The notes beneath the pieces are model-generated. The model was not told where the DNA came from and did no database searches. It worked only from the letters and a program-made list of their open reading frames with translations. A stretch of 64,000 nucleotides of DNA from Cetorhinus maximus (Eukaryota), in the NCBI RefSeq assembly GCF_964194155.1, contig NC_135897.1, positions 16,058,001-16,122,000 on the forward strand. The letters run 5' to 3'. The position numbers and the translations under genes were made by a program. Positions 62,031 through 64,000 of the stretch are shown piece by piece; positions within the stretch are counted from its first letter, which is position 1, and each line of letters starts with the position of its first letter.

Positions 62031-62431
62031 ACATTATTAAAAGTTGCAACACAGGTTAGCAAGGCCATAAAAAATCCAAAGTACTGACATTCGTTTCTAG
62101 CGAAATAGAATTGAAACACCAAGAGGCTTTGTTAAACTAGCACAGAACATTGATTAGAGTACACTTGGAGTATGGTGAACAGTTCTTATCTCCATATTAT
62201 TTAAAGGATAGAGAGGCACTGAAGAAATTACAAAATGATAAATATACAAAGATGTTACCAGGACTGAGATGTTAAAGCTATCAGAAGGGGCTGAATGGGC
62301 TGGGGATTGTCTCACTCGAGAGATGGTAGCTGGGGGGTAACCTAATAGTGATCTTTAGAATTCTGAAAGGGTGGACATAGAGAAGGTGGTTCCACTTGCA
62401 GGAGATTCCAAAATTATGGGCTATAAATATA

Positions 62432-62596
62432 TCAGAGTCAAAATACTGCATATAGGAATTCTAAAATATAAATAAAAATTGTTATAAATATTCAGAGGGC
62501 AGGATCGAAAGAGAGAGCACCAGGATTAACATTTTCTCTCCCCACAGAAGCTGCCTGACCTGATGAGTACTGCCAGTATTTACTGTTTATATTTTA
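62432..62596. mobile_element. Tiny degenerate inverted Penelope pLTR-end insertion
   Basis: TCTCTCCCCACAGAAGCTGCCTGACCTGATGAGT resembles the pLTR end at 40445-40480. Flanking duplication GGC(T/C)ATAAATATA. Confidence 0.5.
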
Positions 62597-64000
62597 GGCC
62601 ATAAATATAAGACAGTCACTAGTAAGTCCAATTGGGAATTCAGGAGAAACTCCTTTACCCAGAGACTGGCGGGAATGAGGAACTCACTACCACAAGGGGC
62701 AGATGAGGTGTGAATGGCATAGATTCATTTGAGGAGAGGCTAGGTAAGTTTATTCAGGGAAGGAAATGGGAGGATATGGTGATAGGGTGAGATGAAGTGT
62801 GGTAGGAGGAGGCTCATATCAAGCATAAACACTGGCACGGACCACTTGGGCCAAATGGCCTGTTTCAGTGCTGTAAGTTCTATGTAACTCAATCAAAGCT
62901 TTGGTCAATTAAATTAAAGCCCACTTCTAGGAATACACAAAAAGCCAAATCATTAAGGAGCGTATGCATTTACATACAAATAATACATTGAAATCGGCTG
63001 TTGTAACACCCCGTGGTCTCTGACAGCCGAGTCCTTCCCAATCCCTCCACTCCTTTCCTTACTGCAGCATTCGTCATATTGCATGTCAGAAATGAGGATG
63101 TCTGAAGTGTGGTCATTCCACGACTCCTGAAGAGTCAATTCCCTCCCTCACTGGCCTAGTTCCCAACTGACAAATCTCATTACTGATTTAATTGGCAAGG
63201 TCAAGTGTCAGGTCACAACGCGCGACCAAAACATTTGCAACAAGTGTCGCAAGTATTCCCTCACAGCAGTAGAATCCTTGAGCAGAATGCCATTACACAG
63301 TTTGACTGCATTGACCATAAAATGCTAGCCTTTCTGTTCTAGCCCAAATACACATTATCATCAATTAATATACGTGTTTGACTGGAGCTTGCTGCTGATA
63401 TTCAGATGTAACCAGTGAGCTGGGGCTGATAAGGCTCCACTTCCATTCATTTTAATAGAATGTAGAGCTCACTCAGAATTAAATAGGACACCCAGTTGTT
63501 TCAGGCTACTGATCTCAGCTGTGCAAAGAGTCTATCAAGCAATCATCTGGTACCACGACTCAAACAGGTAATGCCAGTAATTTAAATACAGGCAGTCCAC
63601 TTCTCGTTGCAATGAATCAGGTGGGGAGCTATATGAAGATAATTCAACATAGTTAATTTGGCTACTGGGACAATTCAAAGAGCTGTCACTGATCTATCTT
63701 CACAGGACAGGTTTATTTATAGCACAGGCTTCAAGGAGCAACACCAGTATTCATCCATCACTGGCATTATAGCATGTTCGTTCAACCGTTAATTACAGCA
63801 ACAGTCCACCTCAAAGCCCAGTGAATACGTGTCACAAACTGATCCCCCTTTGCATAGTCATAAAATTAACTTTTAATATGATTTATTATATATATATATA
63901 TATATAGAGAGAACTGAGCAAAACAGAATTTATTACAAGAGAGTGATGACCTCACGTTCTGATGATCTGGAGTGCAGTGCCTGGAAGGCCGGTGGTAGCA

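Larger units (their letters stand above)
60462..62890 (+). mobile_element. Decayed CR1 LINE with nested insertions
   Basis: RT motifs (VPEDWWTANV, YRPVSL, SQHGFRKGRSCL) and 3' tail GGGCCAAATGGCCTGTTTC...TTCTATGTAA. Confidence 0.85.

Overview
Eukaryotic, AT-rich, CpG-depleted vertebrate DNA. The repeat repertoire (Deu-domain SINEs, CR1 LINEs, Penelope elements, Tx1/L1) suggests a cartilaginous fish; this is an inference. The window is almost entirely non-coding. The only host-gene signal I can support is a putative first coding exon on the minus strand (56903-56954, signal peptide MIPILILCLLSAVGAVE, phase-1 GT donor) with two CCAAT boxes upstream, which implies that most of the window is a first intron of more than 56 kb. 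The rest is layered transposon debris: a decayed Gypsy LTR retrotransposon, many CR1 fragments, a Tx1/L1 3' end, DeuSINEs, a solo LTR, inverted-repeat Penelope insertions carrying minimal hammerhead ribozyme motifs, and a PIF/Harbinger group (a Myb/SANT-bearing remnant plus MITEs of about 45 bp to 1.4 kb sharing termini and 3-bp TSDs). I found no convincing new multi-gene system. The most notable observations are a near-perfect 1.06 kb Penelope palindrome with a variant hammerhead core, a MITE inserted into a hammerhead, conserved internal hairpins in the MITE family, and several locally templated inverted duplications. Boundaries without a stated TSD are approximate.
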